DNA of 64,000 nucleotides from Xanthobacteraceae bacterium (GCA_049522435.1 JBEKNW010000001.1:25001-89000), one strand, 5' to 3'. Numbered from the stretch's first letter, positions 27,970 through 36,730 are shown. Made by a program: numbers and translations. The notes: generated by a model not told the origin, from the letters alone.

Positions 27970-29250
27970 ATGACCGACAAATATGGTAAATCTCCTCCGA
28001 TGGCGGGTGACAAAGATTGGGTCGGCAGCCTCAGTATGGACCGGCTGCGGAATGGCCGGCGCGACCGTGCTCAAGAGATCCTCTTTAAGAAACACAAGTT
28101 CGGCGCGTTTTTGTCGCTGAACGAGTGGAATACCCGCTATATCAGCAGCACCTACACACCGGCGTGGACGACGGGAAACTCGGGCCTGCGTTACGCGCTA
28201 TGGGTGAAGGGCGATCCGTGGCCGATCGTCTTCGAGCAGGGCGAAATCGGTTATCATACCGAGCGCAGCTCGCCGTGGCTGCCGAAGGGCTACGTGAGAT
28301 ATGCGATCACGGGCATGGGCTGGATCTCGCGCTGCATGGGCGAAGGAGCCCACAAGGACGCCACCAAACGGTTTGTCGATCAGATCTACGAGGAGCTGAA
28401 ACGCGGCGGCGTTCAGAACGAAGTACTGGCCCTCGACTTTAACGACCCCTCGATCGATGCGGCCTTTCAAGCGCGCGGCGTCAAGACCAGCAGTGAAGGC
28501 TACATGGCGATGCTCGAGACCCGGAAACTTAAACTTCCGGAGGAGGTCGCATGCCTGCGCAACACCTGCGTCATCGGTGATTCCATGTTCCAAGCGTTGA
28601 AAAACACCGCCAGGCCCGGCGTCACCGAGAATGAAGTTCTGGGCGAGGCGTTCAAAGCTTGTTACACGAATGGCGGCGAAGTCTATTCCGGGGTGTTTTG
28701 CACCTCCGGTCCCTATAGCTGGCCTAACCTCCGTGGCACGACTGGGCGCACGCTTGAGCCCAATGACGTCATCTACATGGACGTCTACAACACCGCCTGG
28801 AACGGCTACAAGACTTGCTACTATCGCACGTTCAGTCTCGGTGAGCCTTCCAAGGCTACGCGAGCGGCTTATCAGCGAGCCTATGATTGGCTTTACGGCG
28901 CCATCAACATCATCAAGCCCGGGATCACCACCAAAGAGATCGCCGAGAAGTGGCCGTCCGGACCGAAGGTGTGGGCCGACATCGGCGTCAAGACCGAGGA
29001 CCAGACCGCGGGCAGCAACTGGGCGCATGGCATCGGTCTGACCCTCTACGAGCCGCCGCTAGTTTGGCGCGCCTGCTCGCTCGAGTACCCAATGGTGATC
29101 GAGGAGGATATGTGCTTCGCGATTGAGACCCAAGAGGGCGATGGCGAGGGTCAGGGCGTTCGTATCGAAGAGGTGATCCACGTCACCAAGACCGGCGTCG
29201 AGATCCTTTCGCGGTGGCCAGTCAAAGAAATGACGGTCATTCCGTGCTGA
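27970..29250 (+). CDS. M24 (creatinase/prolidase 'pita-bread') fold protein
   Basis: PNDVIYMDVYNTAWNGYKTCYYRTF, WAHGIGLTLYEPP and GVRIEEVIHVTKTG match the M24 core. Start at MTDKYGK, preceded by GAGGGAG. Confidence 0.75.
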   Translation: MTDKYGKSPPMAGDKDWVGSLSMDRLRNGRRDRAQEILFKKHKFGAFLSLNEWNTRYISSTYTPAWTTGNSGLRYALWVKGDPWPIVFEQGEIGYHTERSSPWLPKGYVRYAITGMGWISRCMGEGAHKDATKRFVDQIYEELKRGGVQNEVLALDFNDPSIDAAFQARGVKTSSEGYMAMLETRKLKLPEEVACLRNTCVIGDSMFQALKNTARPGVTENEVLGEAFKACYTNGGEVYSGVFCTSGPYSWPNLRGTTGRTLEPNDVIYMDVYNTAWNGYKTCYYRTFSLGEPSKATRAAYQRAYDWLYGAINIIKPGITTKEIAEKWPSGPKVWADIGVKTEDQTAGSNWAHGIGLTLYEPPLVWRACSLEYPMVIEEDMCFAIETQEGDGEGQGVRIEEVIHVTKTGVEILSRWPVKEMTVIPC

Positions 29251-29259
29251 CGCGGCGTT

Positions 29260-29300
29260 CGCCCCCCGCCATCTGCGGCGGGGGGGCGCTTTTCCTTTTT
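29260..29300 (+). terminator. Rho-independent terminator
   Basis: Perfect 11-bp GC stem CGCCCCCCGCC / GGCGGGGGGCG with the 6-nt loop ATCTGC, followed by CTTTTCCTTTTT. Lies 10 nt after the M24 gene stop. Confidence 0.7.
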
Positions 29301-29324
29301 CGCGCATTCTCGGGGGTTCAGCGG

Positions 29325-29567
29325 ATGATCGTCTACACTTACGCTTGTCAAAGCTGCAAGCACACGTTCGATGCACTTGTAGCCTCCGCTCGCGAGCAAC
29401 CCGCCTGCCCGCTGTGCCGATCCGAAAACACGCTCTTTAATCCGGTCTGCCGGCCGTCGATCCGGCCCGCCAACAAGCGACGACGTGGTGTATTCGACAT
29501 GAGTTCGGGCAGTTGCCCGTGCGGGTGCGGCAACAAGCGAGCTCGAGCCGGGGCAGCGGCCATGTGA
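29325..29567 (+). CDS. FmdB-family zinc-ribbon protein (80 aa)
   Basis: MIVYTYACQSCKHTFDALV...CPLCRS is the classic M-x-x-Y-x-Y-x-C-x-x-C ... C-P-x-C ribbon. The C-terminus is Cys/Gly-rich (GSCPCGCG). Confidence 0.6.
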   Translation: MIVYTYACQSCKHTFDALVASAREQPACPLCRSENTLFNPVCRPSIRPANKRRRGVFDMSSGSCPCGCGNKRARAGAAAM

Positions 29568-29669
29568 GGCGAAGAGGGCGCCGAGTTACCGGGTGCTGAC
29601 ACCCTTAGGTTTCCGGAACTGTCGCCACCTTCAAGTTTGTAAATCCGCCCTTCCGATGGACATCGGATC

Positions 29670-30545
29670 ATGTCATCCGATTTCGCATTCTGGTTGGCAC
29701 TCGCGGTAAAGCTGGTGCTGACGGCTGGAATCGTCGTTACGGCCTCGTTCGTGACCGAGCATGCCGGGGCACTCATTGGTGCACTCGTGGTCACGCTGCC
29801 GGTCACCGTATGGCCTGCCTACGTGTTCCTTGCATTGGATCACGACACGACTTTCATCGCCGAGAGCGTGGTGGGCGGACTTGCGATGAATGCCGTGAGC
29901 GGCATTTATATGCTGATCTATATCGTATTGGCGCAAAGGCGCGGTCTCGTTGTCAGCCTGCTCACGGCGCTCACGAGTTGGCTCGTCCTGGCACTAGCGG
30001 CGCGTTTCGTCACCTGGACGATGAGCATTTCCGTCTTGGCCAATCTCGTCGTTTACCCGGTATGCATTTTGCTCACGAGCAGATTTCGCGACGTCGTTAT
30101 GCCGCCGAAAGTGCGGAAATGGTACGATGTACCATTGCGCACATTGCTGGTCTGCGCGCTGATGGGAACGGTGCTCGTGATCAGCAACGTGGTCGGACCA
30201 GTGGCCACCGGATTCGTTGCTGTCTTTCCGATTTCGACGACCAGCACCATGCTCATCCTGCAGCCCCGGATCGGGGGCCGAGCGAGCGCCGCAGTCATCG
30301 CCAATGGGCTGTTTGGGCTGGCGGGTATAGGCGCCGGATTAACTGCATTATACATTTCTCTCAAGCCACTCGGGATTGTGCCAGCATTGGTACTGGCGCT
30401 TATTGTCCCGGTGACGTGGAATCTGACAGTCTGGGCCGTCCGCACCCGCGGCGTGTTCTTTTGCCGCCGACCCGCGCATGGTTCGACGCATACCATCGAC
30501 TCCGTCTCGACACGGTCCAGCGAAGTAATACGCGCCAAAAATTGA
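29670..30545 (+). CDS. Integral membrane protein, unassigned (291 aa, ~8 predicted TM segments)
   Basis: Continuous hydrophobic helices (e.g. FWLALAVKLVLTAGIVVTASF, LIGALVVTLPVTVWPAYVFLAL). No motif I recognise. Confidence 0.5.
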   Translation: MSSDFAFWLALAVKLVLTAGIVVTASFVTEHAGALIGALVVTLPVTVWPAYVFLALDHDTTFIAESVVGGLAMNAVSGIYMLIYIVLAQRRGLVVSLLTALTSWLVLALAARFVTWTMSISVLANLVVYPVCILLTSRFRDVVMPPKVRKWYDVPLRTLLVCALMGTVLVISNVVGPVATGFVAVFPISTTSTMLILQPRIGGRASAAVIANGLFGLAGIGAGLTALYISLKPLGIVPALVLALIVPVTWNLTVWAVRTRGVFFCRRPAHGSTHTIDSVSTRSSEVIRAKN

Positions 30546-30730
30546 GGTTTCCTCGGAAGAATGTTGTCGATGACAAACCCGATGGAGCGCCTGGCCGAAG
30601 GAAGCCTGGCTGCAGTGATTCTCGAGTGACACATGAATTTCGAGCTTGTCCATAACGGGTCACGAATTGAGCGGATGCTCGACAAACTGACCGCCTGAAC
30701 GGGCCCGGAAAAATATTGGAGGGGAAGACC

Positions 30731-31639
30731 ATGCGGGCGGCGCTTGCGTTCACGCCATCGGAATCAAAGCGGCTAATTGCCAAAGGGGTAGTGGCGATGC
30801 CGGAGATGCGGTCTGCGCTGTCCGATGGAGAAATCGTAGTAGCCCACGGCTCTACCAACGTATACGTGGCTGAAGAGTTGTTGGGCTTCTGCCCGCAGCG
30901 GGAGCAGTTCATATCAGGCCAGGTGATCAACGGAGTGCTGTGCCAGACCGCGCCCGAGGACAAGCCACCGATCATTCGGATCATTCGCGGCCAGCTCATG
31001 GGCCCCAAGCCGACGATGGAGGAAACACTGCGCGGCTTCGGCGCGACCGGCGTGTTCATCAAGGGGGCGAACGCAGTGGACCCGGATGGCAACGCCGGCG
31101 TGTTATGCGCTCATCCGGAAGGTGGCACCATCGGCTTTGCCTACGGCATTATCAGCGCCCGCGGTCTTCAGCTGATCGTCCCGGTTGGGCTTGAAAAACT
31201 AGTGCCCTCGGTACCGAAGGCGGCGCGCCATCTGGGCCAAGAGACGCTGTATTATCATTCCGGTTTGCGGGTCGGCATGTTGACGATCACCAATGGCATA
31301 GTCGTCACAGAGATCCAGGCGCTGACGACCTTATTTGACGTGACAGCTGTCCACGTCAGCAGCGGCGGGGTCAACGGCTCCGAAGGCTCGGTAGTGATCG
31401 CGATTGACGGGGAGAAGGCGGAATTGGACCGGGCCATCAAATTCTACGAGGGTATCAAAGGTGAACCGCCGCTGAAGTCGCAGAAAGCGCTGTGCTTCAA
31501 CTGCCTGCCTACTTCGCCCAGCCTGATGAAATCCAAGGCGGAGCAATTCGCCGGGAGTGAGAAACGCCATTGCATTTATCAGGGCCGCCGTGAAGATGAG
31601 CTACCCGCTTTCTTCAAGCGGCGCGCGCCTGCCGGCTAA
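30731..31639 (+). CDS. Hypothetical soluble protein, unassigned (302 aa) with a C-terminal Cys motif
   Basis: ORF with codon usage like its neighbours, preceded by GGAGGGGAAG. Features are GSTNVYVAEELLG, GANAVDPDGNAGVL and the C-terminal CFNC...C. No family recognised. Confidence 0.45.
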   Translation: MRAALAFTPSESKRLIAKGVVAMPEMRSALSDGEIVVAHGSTNVYVAEELLGFCPQREQFISGQVINGVLCQTAPEDKPPIIRIIRGQLMGPKPTMEETLRGFGATGVFIKGANAVDPDGNAGVLCAHPEGGTIGFAYGIISARGLQLIVPVGLEKLVPSVPKAARHLGQETLYYHSGLRVGMLTITNGIVVTEIQALTTLFDVTAVHVSSGGVNGSEGSVVIAIDGEKAELDRAIKFYEGIKGEPPLKSQKALCFNCLPTSPSLMKSKAEQFAGSEKRHCIYQGRREDELPAFFKRRAPAG

Positions 31640-31672
31640 ATCCCAACCTCGCCAAAATACTAAGGGATTAAA

Positions 31673-32893
31673 GTGTCAAGTAGCACTTACCTTCGCGCGA
31701 ATGTAGCGCTTTTTGCTGCCGGATTTGGCACATTCTCGTTGCTTTATTGTGTGCAGTCGCTCATGCCGATCTTTTCTGAGGATTTTGGCGTCAGCCCGGT
31801 GACAAGCAGTCTTTCGCTATCGCTACCAACGGGTGTTCTCGCGATCACGATCTTTGTTACCGGATTCATGTCGGAATCATGGGATCGCAAGATGCTGATT
31901 AGCATCTGCCTGCTCGTCTCGTCAGTGCTGACGTTTGTGGCGGCGCTGTCGCCGTCCTGGATCGGTCTGCTGGCGGCTCGTTCGTTGCTGGGCATCGCCT
32001 TGGGCGGCGTGCCGGCTGTGGCGATGGCGTACTTGGCCGAGGAAGTTCGTGGTGTGGGCTTTGGATTCGCCATGGGTCTATATGTCGGCGGTACGGCATT
32101 GGGCGGGATGGCTGGGCGGGTTATAACCGGCTTCGTTGCAGGGTTCTGGTCCTGGCGTACTGCTCTATACACTGTCGCTGTCCTGGGGCTGATGACAAGC
32201 GTCGCGGTCTGGGTGCTACTGCCCCCCTCGGATCATTTCGTGCCGCAGCGGGGCCTCGGCTTTCGCGTCCGCGCGGCCGCGCTTTCGATGAACATCCGTG
32301 GTGCAGGCCTTTCCTGGCTGTTTCTAACAGCCTTCCTCCTCATGGGCAGCTTTGTAACGATATATAACTATTCCACTTATCGTCTAGTGGCGCCGCCCTA
32401 TAACCTGAACCAGACCGCTATCGGTGCTATCTTCCTGCTTTATCTCCTCGGCATGGTTGCTTCGGCGTTGTTCGGTCGACTCGCCGATCAATTCGGCCGC
32501 GGTCCAATGCTGGCGATCTCAATTGTGCTGATGCTATCCGGTTTACTCCTCACCACGCTGCAATCTCTGTCGACCATTATCGGTGGGATGGCCCTCCTGA
32601 CATTTGGCTTTTTTGCAGGCCATTCGGTTGCAAGCGGTTGGGTCGGTCACTTGGCTCCGGTAGCGAAGGGTCAGGCAGCATCCTTGTACCTTCTTGCCTA
32701 TTACCTCGGCGCCAGCATTATTGGATCCTATGGCGGTCAGTTCTGGGCTCATGGAGGCTGGAACGGTGTGGTGAAGCTCGTCGGCCTCCTCCTTGTCGCA
32801 GCGCTCATTATCTCGCTCCGGCTTGCTTTGCTGCGAACACCAATCATCAGCCGAGAGTCCTCTGTGGATTCTCGCGAACAAAGATTCCGATAA
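31673..32893 (+). CDS. MFS transporter
   Basis: 406 aa, 12-TM pattern. An MFS loop-like motif follows TM2 (MSESWDRKMLI). Confidence 0.8.
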   Translation: MSSSTYLRANVALFAAGFGTFSLLYCVQSLMPIFSEDFGVSPVTSSLSLSLPTGVLAITIFVTGFMSESWDRKMLISICLLVSSVLTFVAALSPSWIGLLAARSLLGIALGGVPAVAMAYLAEEVRGVGFGFAMGLYVGGTALGGMAGRVITGFVAGFWSWRTALYTVAVLGLMTSVAVWVLLPPSDHFVPQRGLGFRVRAAALSMNIRGAGLSWLFLTAFLLMGSFVTIYNYSTYRLVAPPYNLNQTAIGAIFLLYLLGMVASALFGRLADQFGRGPMLAISIVLMLSGLLLTTLQSLSTIIGGMALLTFGFFAGHSVASGWVGHLAPVAKGQAASLYLLAYYLGASIIGSYGGQFWAHGGWNGVVKLVGLLLVAALIISLRLALLRTPIISRESSVDSREQRFR

Positions 32894-32961
32894 GAGGATG
32901 GTCTCGGTAAGCCCGATGCCCGGTATTCTGAGTATGCCGCTGGAATAAAAAATTTGCACCT

Positions 32962-33777
32962 TCAAAGGCTGGAAACCAAATGTCCACCATCGACCGGAAG
33001 CACAGTTCCGGTAATAAATGCGCCGCCATCTCCCGCCAACAGCATCAGCGGCTCCACTAAATCCTCCAGGCGCGTTAGCCTTCGCATCGGAATACGGCGG
33101 ATCAAGGCTTTACCTTTCTCAGTCGTAAAGAACTCACGATTGAGATCGGTTTCGACGTATCCGGGCGCCAACGCATTGACTCGTATCTGGTGCCGAGCCC
33201 ATTCAAGCGCCAGCTGCTTCGTCAGTTGAATGAGTGCAGCCTTTGCCGTAGCATAGGCCGTTACCTGTCCGCCTTGTCGCAGCCCGAGAATCGAAGCAAC
33301 GTTCACGATTGACCCACCGCCCCCTTTTGCAAGCATATGCCGTGCTGCTTCACGAGCAACAAGCCAGCAGCCACGAAGATTGGTGTCGAGGATCCTGGTA
33401 AAGCTCTCCGGCGTCTGCTTGAGAGTCTCGACCATCTCCGTCACGCCGGCGTTGTTGATTAGAATCGTCGGCACACCCCAGCGCTCGACCATGGTCGCGA
33501 AGGCGGTCGTTACTGACTCAACTTGCGTTACATCCATTTCCACCGCGTGCGATGTTCCGCCTGCGCGGTCGATATCTGCGGCAGATTTCTGCAGTGCGTC
33601 CTGAGATCTCGCAGCCAAAATAACATGGGCGCCTTCGCGTGCGAGAACCTCCGCAAAGAATTTACCCAACCCACGAGAGGCGCCTGTGACGACAACGATG
33701 CGATTAATGAGTCGTGGGTGCACGGGTCCGCGTATCTCTGGCAACTTCTTCAGGTCGGCGTTCGAAAATTCATGCAT
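32962..33777 (-). CDS. SDR family (short-chain dehydrogenase/reductase) oxidoreductase
   Basis: VVVTGASRGLGKFFA (TGxxxGxG), NNAG, and the active-site Y-x-x-x-K in YATAKAAL. Start at MHEFSNAD, preceded by GGAAGGAA. Confidence 0.85.
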   Translation of the reverse strand: MHEFSNADLKKLPEIRGPVHPRLINRIVVVTGASRGLGKFFAEVLAREGAHVILAARSQDALQKSAADIDRAGGTSHAVEMDVTQVESVTTAFATMVERWGVPTILINNAGVTEMVETLKQTPESFTRILDTNLRGCWLVAREAARHMLAKGGGGSIVNVASILGLRQGGQVTAYATAKAALIQLTKQLALEWARHQIRVNALAPGYVETDLNREFFTTEKGKALIRRIPMRRLTRLEDLVEPLMLLAGDGGAFITGTVLPVDGGHLVSSL

Positions 33778-33829
33778 CGATCGCGTTCCTTCCACTGCCG
33801 GGTGACCCCTGCTCAATCAGTAGTGGCCT

Positions 33830-35194
33830 TCAAGCTGCCTTGCGTTTAGGCTCGAGCATCGCGAAGGCAGCAAGCACCTCGTCAATTGAACCCGCCGGCC
33901 AGCGGTCGACGAAGGCCTCCAGACGATCAAAGGCAGAAGACGGCACGTTCTGTTCGGTGCCAATTCGGCGGACCAGCTGGGAGACTCCGGCGCGATCATA
34001 GGCGTAATCGCGCGCGGTCATTCGCTGATCCTGCACGATGGTGCGGCCATCGGTCATCTCTGCCTCGATAACGGTGGAAAGCGTTGCAACCTTGTCATCG
34101 CTTACCAGTGCGATCCGGCCGATCAATTCGTTCACCTTGGGGTCGTTGTAGGTCGTCATCCGCTTCATATCCGGGACACCGTAGAGCAAGGTGGCGGCGA
34201 TGCAGAAGGGAATGCTCATCAGCGTGCCAGAGATGGAGTTGAATGGGCCGACTGCATCCATGCCGGCGTATCCGGTCTCATAGGGATTCATATGCACGCG
34301 AACGGCTTTGATGGGGGCATCCGCGATCTTTTCGCGCAACACGAGCGCGGCAGTTACCGGCGTCTGGTTGAAGGCACAGACCGGGTAGGGTTTGAACGCG
34401 ACGCGCAAAATCGCCCAATCCTCGCCAAGGCGTCGTGCGAGCGCTTCAACGTCGCAATCGCCGCGAGCAAAGGCACGCACGAATCCCGACTTGCCCTCGA
34501 ATGCGTGCGGCGCAGAAACTGAGCCCGCCTTGGCAAGCTCGGCCGCGAGCCAGCCGGTTTTTCCAACGACGCCGACCTGGTACCGCCACTCATCCGTGCC
34601 ATCGGCGAAGGACTGCAGGAGACCGCCCGCGAACGATGCCGCATTTGCGAGCGCCGCAGCGAGACGATCTTCGTCGAGGCCGAGGAGTTTTCCGGCTGCG
34701 GCCGCTGCTGCGATAATCCCGTAGACGGTGGACGCACGGAAGCCCACTGGTGTCGTCATGCCCGCATAAGCCTTCTCCAGAAGCCCACCGGCTTCGTAGC
34801 CGGCAACGAGCGCCGGTATGAGACGTTCCACCGGTAAGCGCCGCGCTTCGATCAGCGCGGTCAGCAGCGGGATAATAATGGTGCCGAAATGAGCAGCGCC
34901 GCAGGTATCCTCCTGGGCGCGCCCATGGAACAGGGCGGAATTGGCGACACAAGCCCCACCGATCGAGGTCTTACGGCCGTCGCCAAGGAGTGTTGCGCCG
35001 CCACGTTGCTCGCCATCCATGGCGAGGGCGGCCGTGCGAGCAACAATGGCATAGGGTGTATCGTGGCAGTCGAGCCCCATGGCGTAACCGTTGAGCAGGC
35101 ACACGCGCGCCTTCTCGACGACCTCGGCTGGCATGCGGGCGGTGTCAAGGCGGTGAATGAAACTCGCCATCTGCTGCGACAACGTGCTGGCCAT
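33830..35194 (-). CDS. MmgE/PrpD family protein (2-methylcitrate dehydratase-like)
   Basis: 454 aa. The N-terminus (FIHRLDTARMPAEVVEKARVCLLNGYAMGL) and overall pattern are typical of PrpD-family proteins. Confidence 0.8.
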   Translation of the reverse strand: MASTLSQQMASFIHRLDTARMPAEVVEKARVCLLNGYAMGLDCHDTPYAIVARTAALAMDGEQRGGATLLGDGRKTSIGGACVANSALFHGRAQEDTCGAAHFGTIIIPLLTALIEARRLPVERLIPALVAGYEAGGLLEKAYAGMTTPVGFRASTVYGIIAAAAAAGKLLGLDEDRLAAALANAASFAGGLLQSFADGTDEWRYQVGVVGKTGWLAAELAKAGSVSAPHAFEGKSGFVRAFARGDCDVEALARRLGEDWAILRVAFKPYPVCAFNQTPVTAALVLREKIADAPIKAVRVHMNPYETGYAGMDAVGPFNSISGTLMSIPFCIAATLLYGVPDMKRMTTYNDPKVNELIGRIALVSDDKVATLSTVIEAEMTDGRTIVQDQRMTARDYAYDRAGVSQLVRRIGTEQNVPSSAFDRLEAFVDRWPAGSIDEVLAAFAMLEPKRKAA

Positions 35195-35228
35195 GGAACC
35201 CTCCTTCGGGCGAAGCCCGGCTTAGTCT

Positions 35229-35560
35229 TATCGCAAGATACCGCTGCCGGATCCTCGCATTTGCTCGGAGACCCTCAATGGTATCGCGAAAAACGATCTG
35301 TCCCTTGTCGATCACAGTCGCCTCGGTTGCGATCCTGAGACAGAAGTGCATGTTCTGCTCGGCAATGAGAACGGTCGCGCCCATATCGCGCAAGCGACGA
35401 AGAAGTTCACCAATGCGCTGCACGACGATGGGGGCAAGCCCCTCGCTGGGCTCGTCCAGGAGGAGCGCAATCGGGTTCCCCATCAGGGTGCGTGCGATCG
35501 CTTCTTATTGCCGCTTATTCTGGAACATCCGTCACCAGCCGTCAAGGAACATGACTAGTG
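35229..35560 (-). pseudogene. Decayed LivF-like ABC ATPase gene (C-terminal two-thirds, no Walker A, internal stops)
   Basis: ORF 35145..35483 reads MGNPIALLLDEPSEGLAPIVVQRIGELLRRLRDMGATVLIAEQNMHFCLRIATEATVIDKGQIVFRDTIEGLRANARIRQRYLAI, which covers Walker B, the D-loop, the H-loop and the LivF tail. Upstream, the expected signature region reads FQNKRQ*EAIARTLM with in-frame TAA and TGA stops. Confidence 0.6.
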
Positions 35561-35569
35561 AATCACTAA

Positions 35570-36667
35570 TCATATTTGATCGTTGCGGGCATTGATCGCG
35601 AACAGCAGCTGGGCCGTCGCCGCCACGCTGCCGTCGCGGCGATTCTCGGTGACCCGCACGCTAACGTGCGCGACACCCTCGGCCCGTTGATCGCAGCGCG
35701 CCGAGGCGACGAGCGTCTTAGCGCGCGTTGTGGCAAGCAGACCGACCGTCAGATTGAGCAGCTTCGGGAAGCGTTTGCCACTGCGGCTGGCGACCGCTGC
35801 AGCCGCCGTTTCGATGAGTTCGATCACGATGCCGCGCCGCACCGCTCCGCTTAAATCTCGATGTGCCTCGGAGATCCGTGCATTGAGTATCGCCGAGGAA
35901 TCGTCGGCGCTGACCGATTCCATCCGCGGCGGCGCAGAGATTCCGCTACCCGCATTCGACGCGGGCAGGCGCTGACGCCGCGATCGATCGTTCACGTCCC
36001 CGAATGTAAAGCCCCCGGTGATGAACTTCAGGTATGTCTTAAGGACCCATGCTGGCAGCGGATCGTTTGCGCCTTCGCGATAGATGAAGTGATAAGAAAT
36101 ATAGTTGCGGGCGGCGAGCAGGATGCAGACGATGACGTCCAATTCTTCTTCGCTGTAGCCGCCGAGCTCTCCCTCCTGCTTGTTCCGCCGCAAGGACCGC
36201 AAATAGCCCTGGGTCATATTGTCCATGTGGTGGCGGAACGCCTTGGGGGAGAAAGTCTCGGCTTCGTTGAGGATCCGGTAGAATTCCGGCGTCTGGTGCA
36301 GGAACTCAAAAAACGCCTGAAAGCCGATCTGCTCGCGCTTGAGGCCATCCTTGCATCCGCCGAGACGTTTGCGGATATAGTCGAGCAATTGTTGACCCAG
36401 TTCGGGCAGCAGCTGATCAAAGAGGTCCTGCTGCGATTCGAAATAGTTGTAGAACGTCCCCTGGGCTACGCGCGACTTGGCAGTGATTTTCGCGACCGAA
36501 GCGTTGGCGTAGCCCTCGAGACCGACGATTTGCGTTGCCGCGGCAATCAATTTGCGGCGGGTTGCCGCCGATTTGTCAGCACGGGTCATGCCGCCGCGCG
36601 GGCGGGCTATCGTGGTCTTTAAGGCGCCGAGCTTGCCGCGGGTTGGCATTTTCACGTCCTGAAACAC
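35570..36667 (-). CDS. TetR/AcrR family regulator with an extra ~125-aa C-terminal hotdog (PaaI thioesterase-like) domain
   Basis: N-terminal HTH: RRKLIAAATQIVGLEGYANASVAKITAKSRVAQGTFYNYFESQQDLF. The protein is 365 aa, against ~200 for a normal TetR. The tail ...LSGAVRRGIVIELIETAAAAVASRSGKRFPKLLNLTVGLLATTRAKTLVASARCDQRAEGVAHVSVRVTENRRDGSVAATAQLLFAI follows the PaaI/4HBT pattern. Confidence 0.75.
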   Translation of the reverse strand: MFQDVKMPTRGKLGALKTTIARPRGGMTRADKSAATRRKLIAAATQIVGLEGYANASVAKITAKSRVAQGTFYNYFESQQDLFDQLLPELGQQLLDYIRKRLGGCKDGLKREQIGFQAFFEFLHQTPEFYRILNEAETFSPKAFRHHMDNMTQGYLRSLRRNKQEGELGGYSEEELDVIVCILLAARNYISYHFIYREGANDPLPAWVLKTYLKFITGGFTFGDVNDRSRRQRLPASNAGSGISAPPRMESVSADDSSAILNARISEAHRDLSGAVRRGIVIELIETAAAAVASRSGKRFPKLLNLTVGLLATTRAKTLVASARCDQRAEGVAHVSVRVTENRRDGSVAATAQLLFAINARNDQI

Positions 36668-36704
36668 AAGAAAGAAGCGCGCCGCCGGCGCGCCACATCG
36701 GTCT

Positions 36705-36730
36705 CCTCATGTCAAATGCATGACATGAGG
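36705..36730. promoter_or_regulatory. Candidate TetR operator: perfect 10-bp inverted repeat CCTCATGTCA-N6-TGACATGAGG
   Basis: Read directly. Lies in the 166-bp divergent region between the TetR-fusion gene and the E1 alpha gene. Confidence 0.45.
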
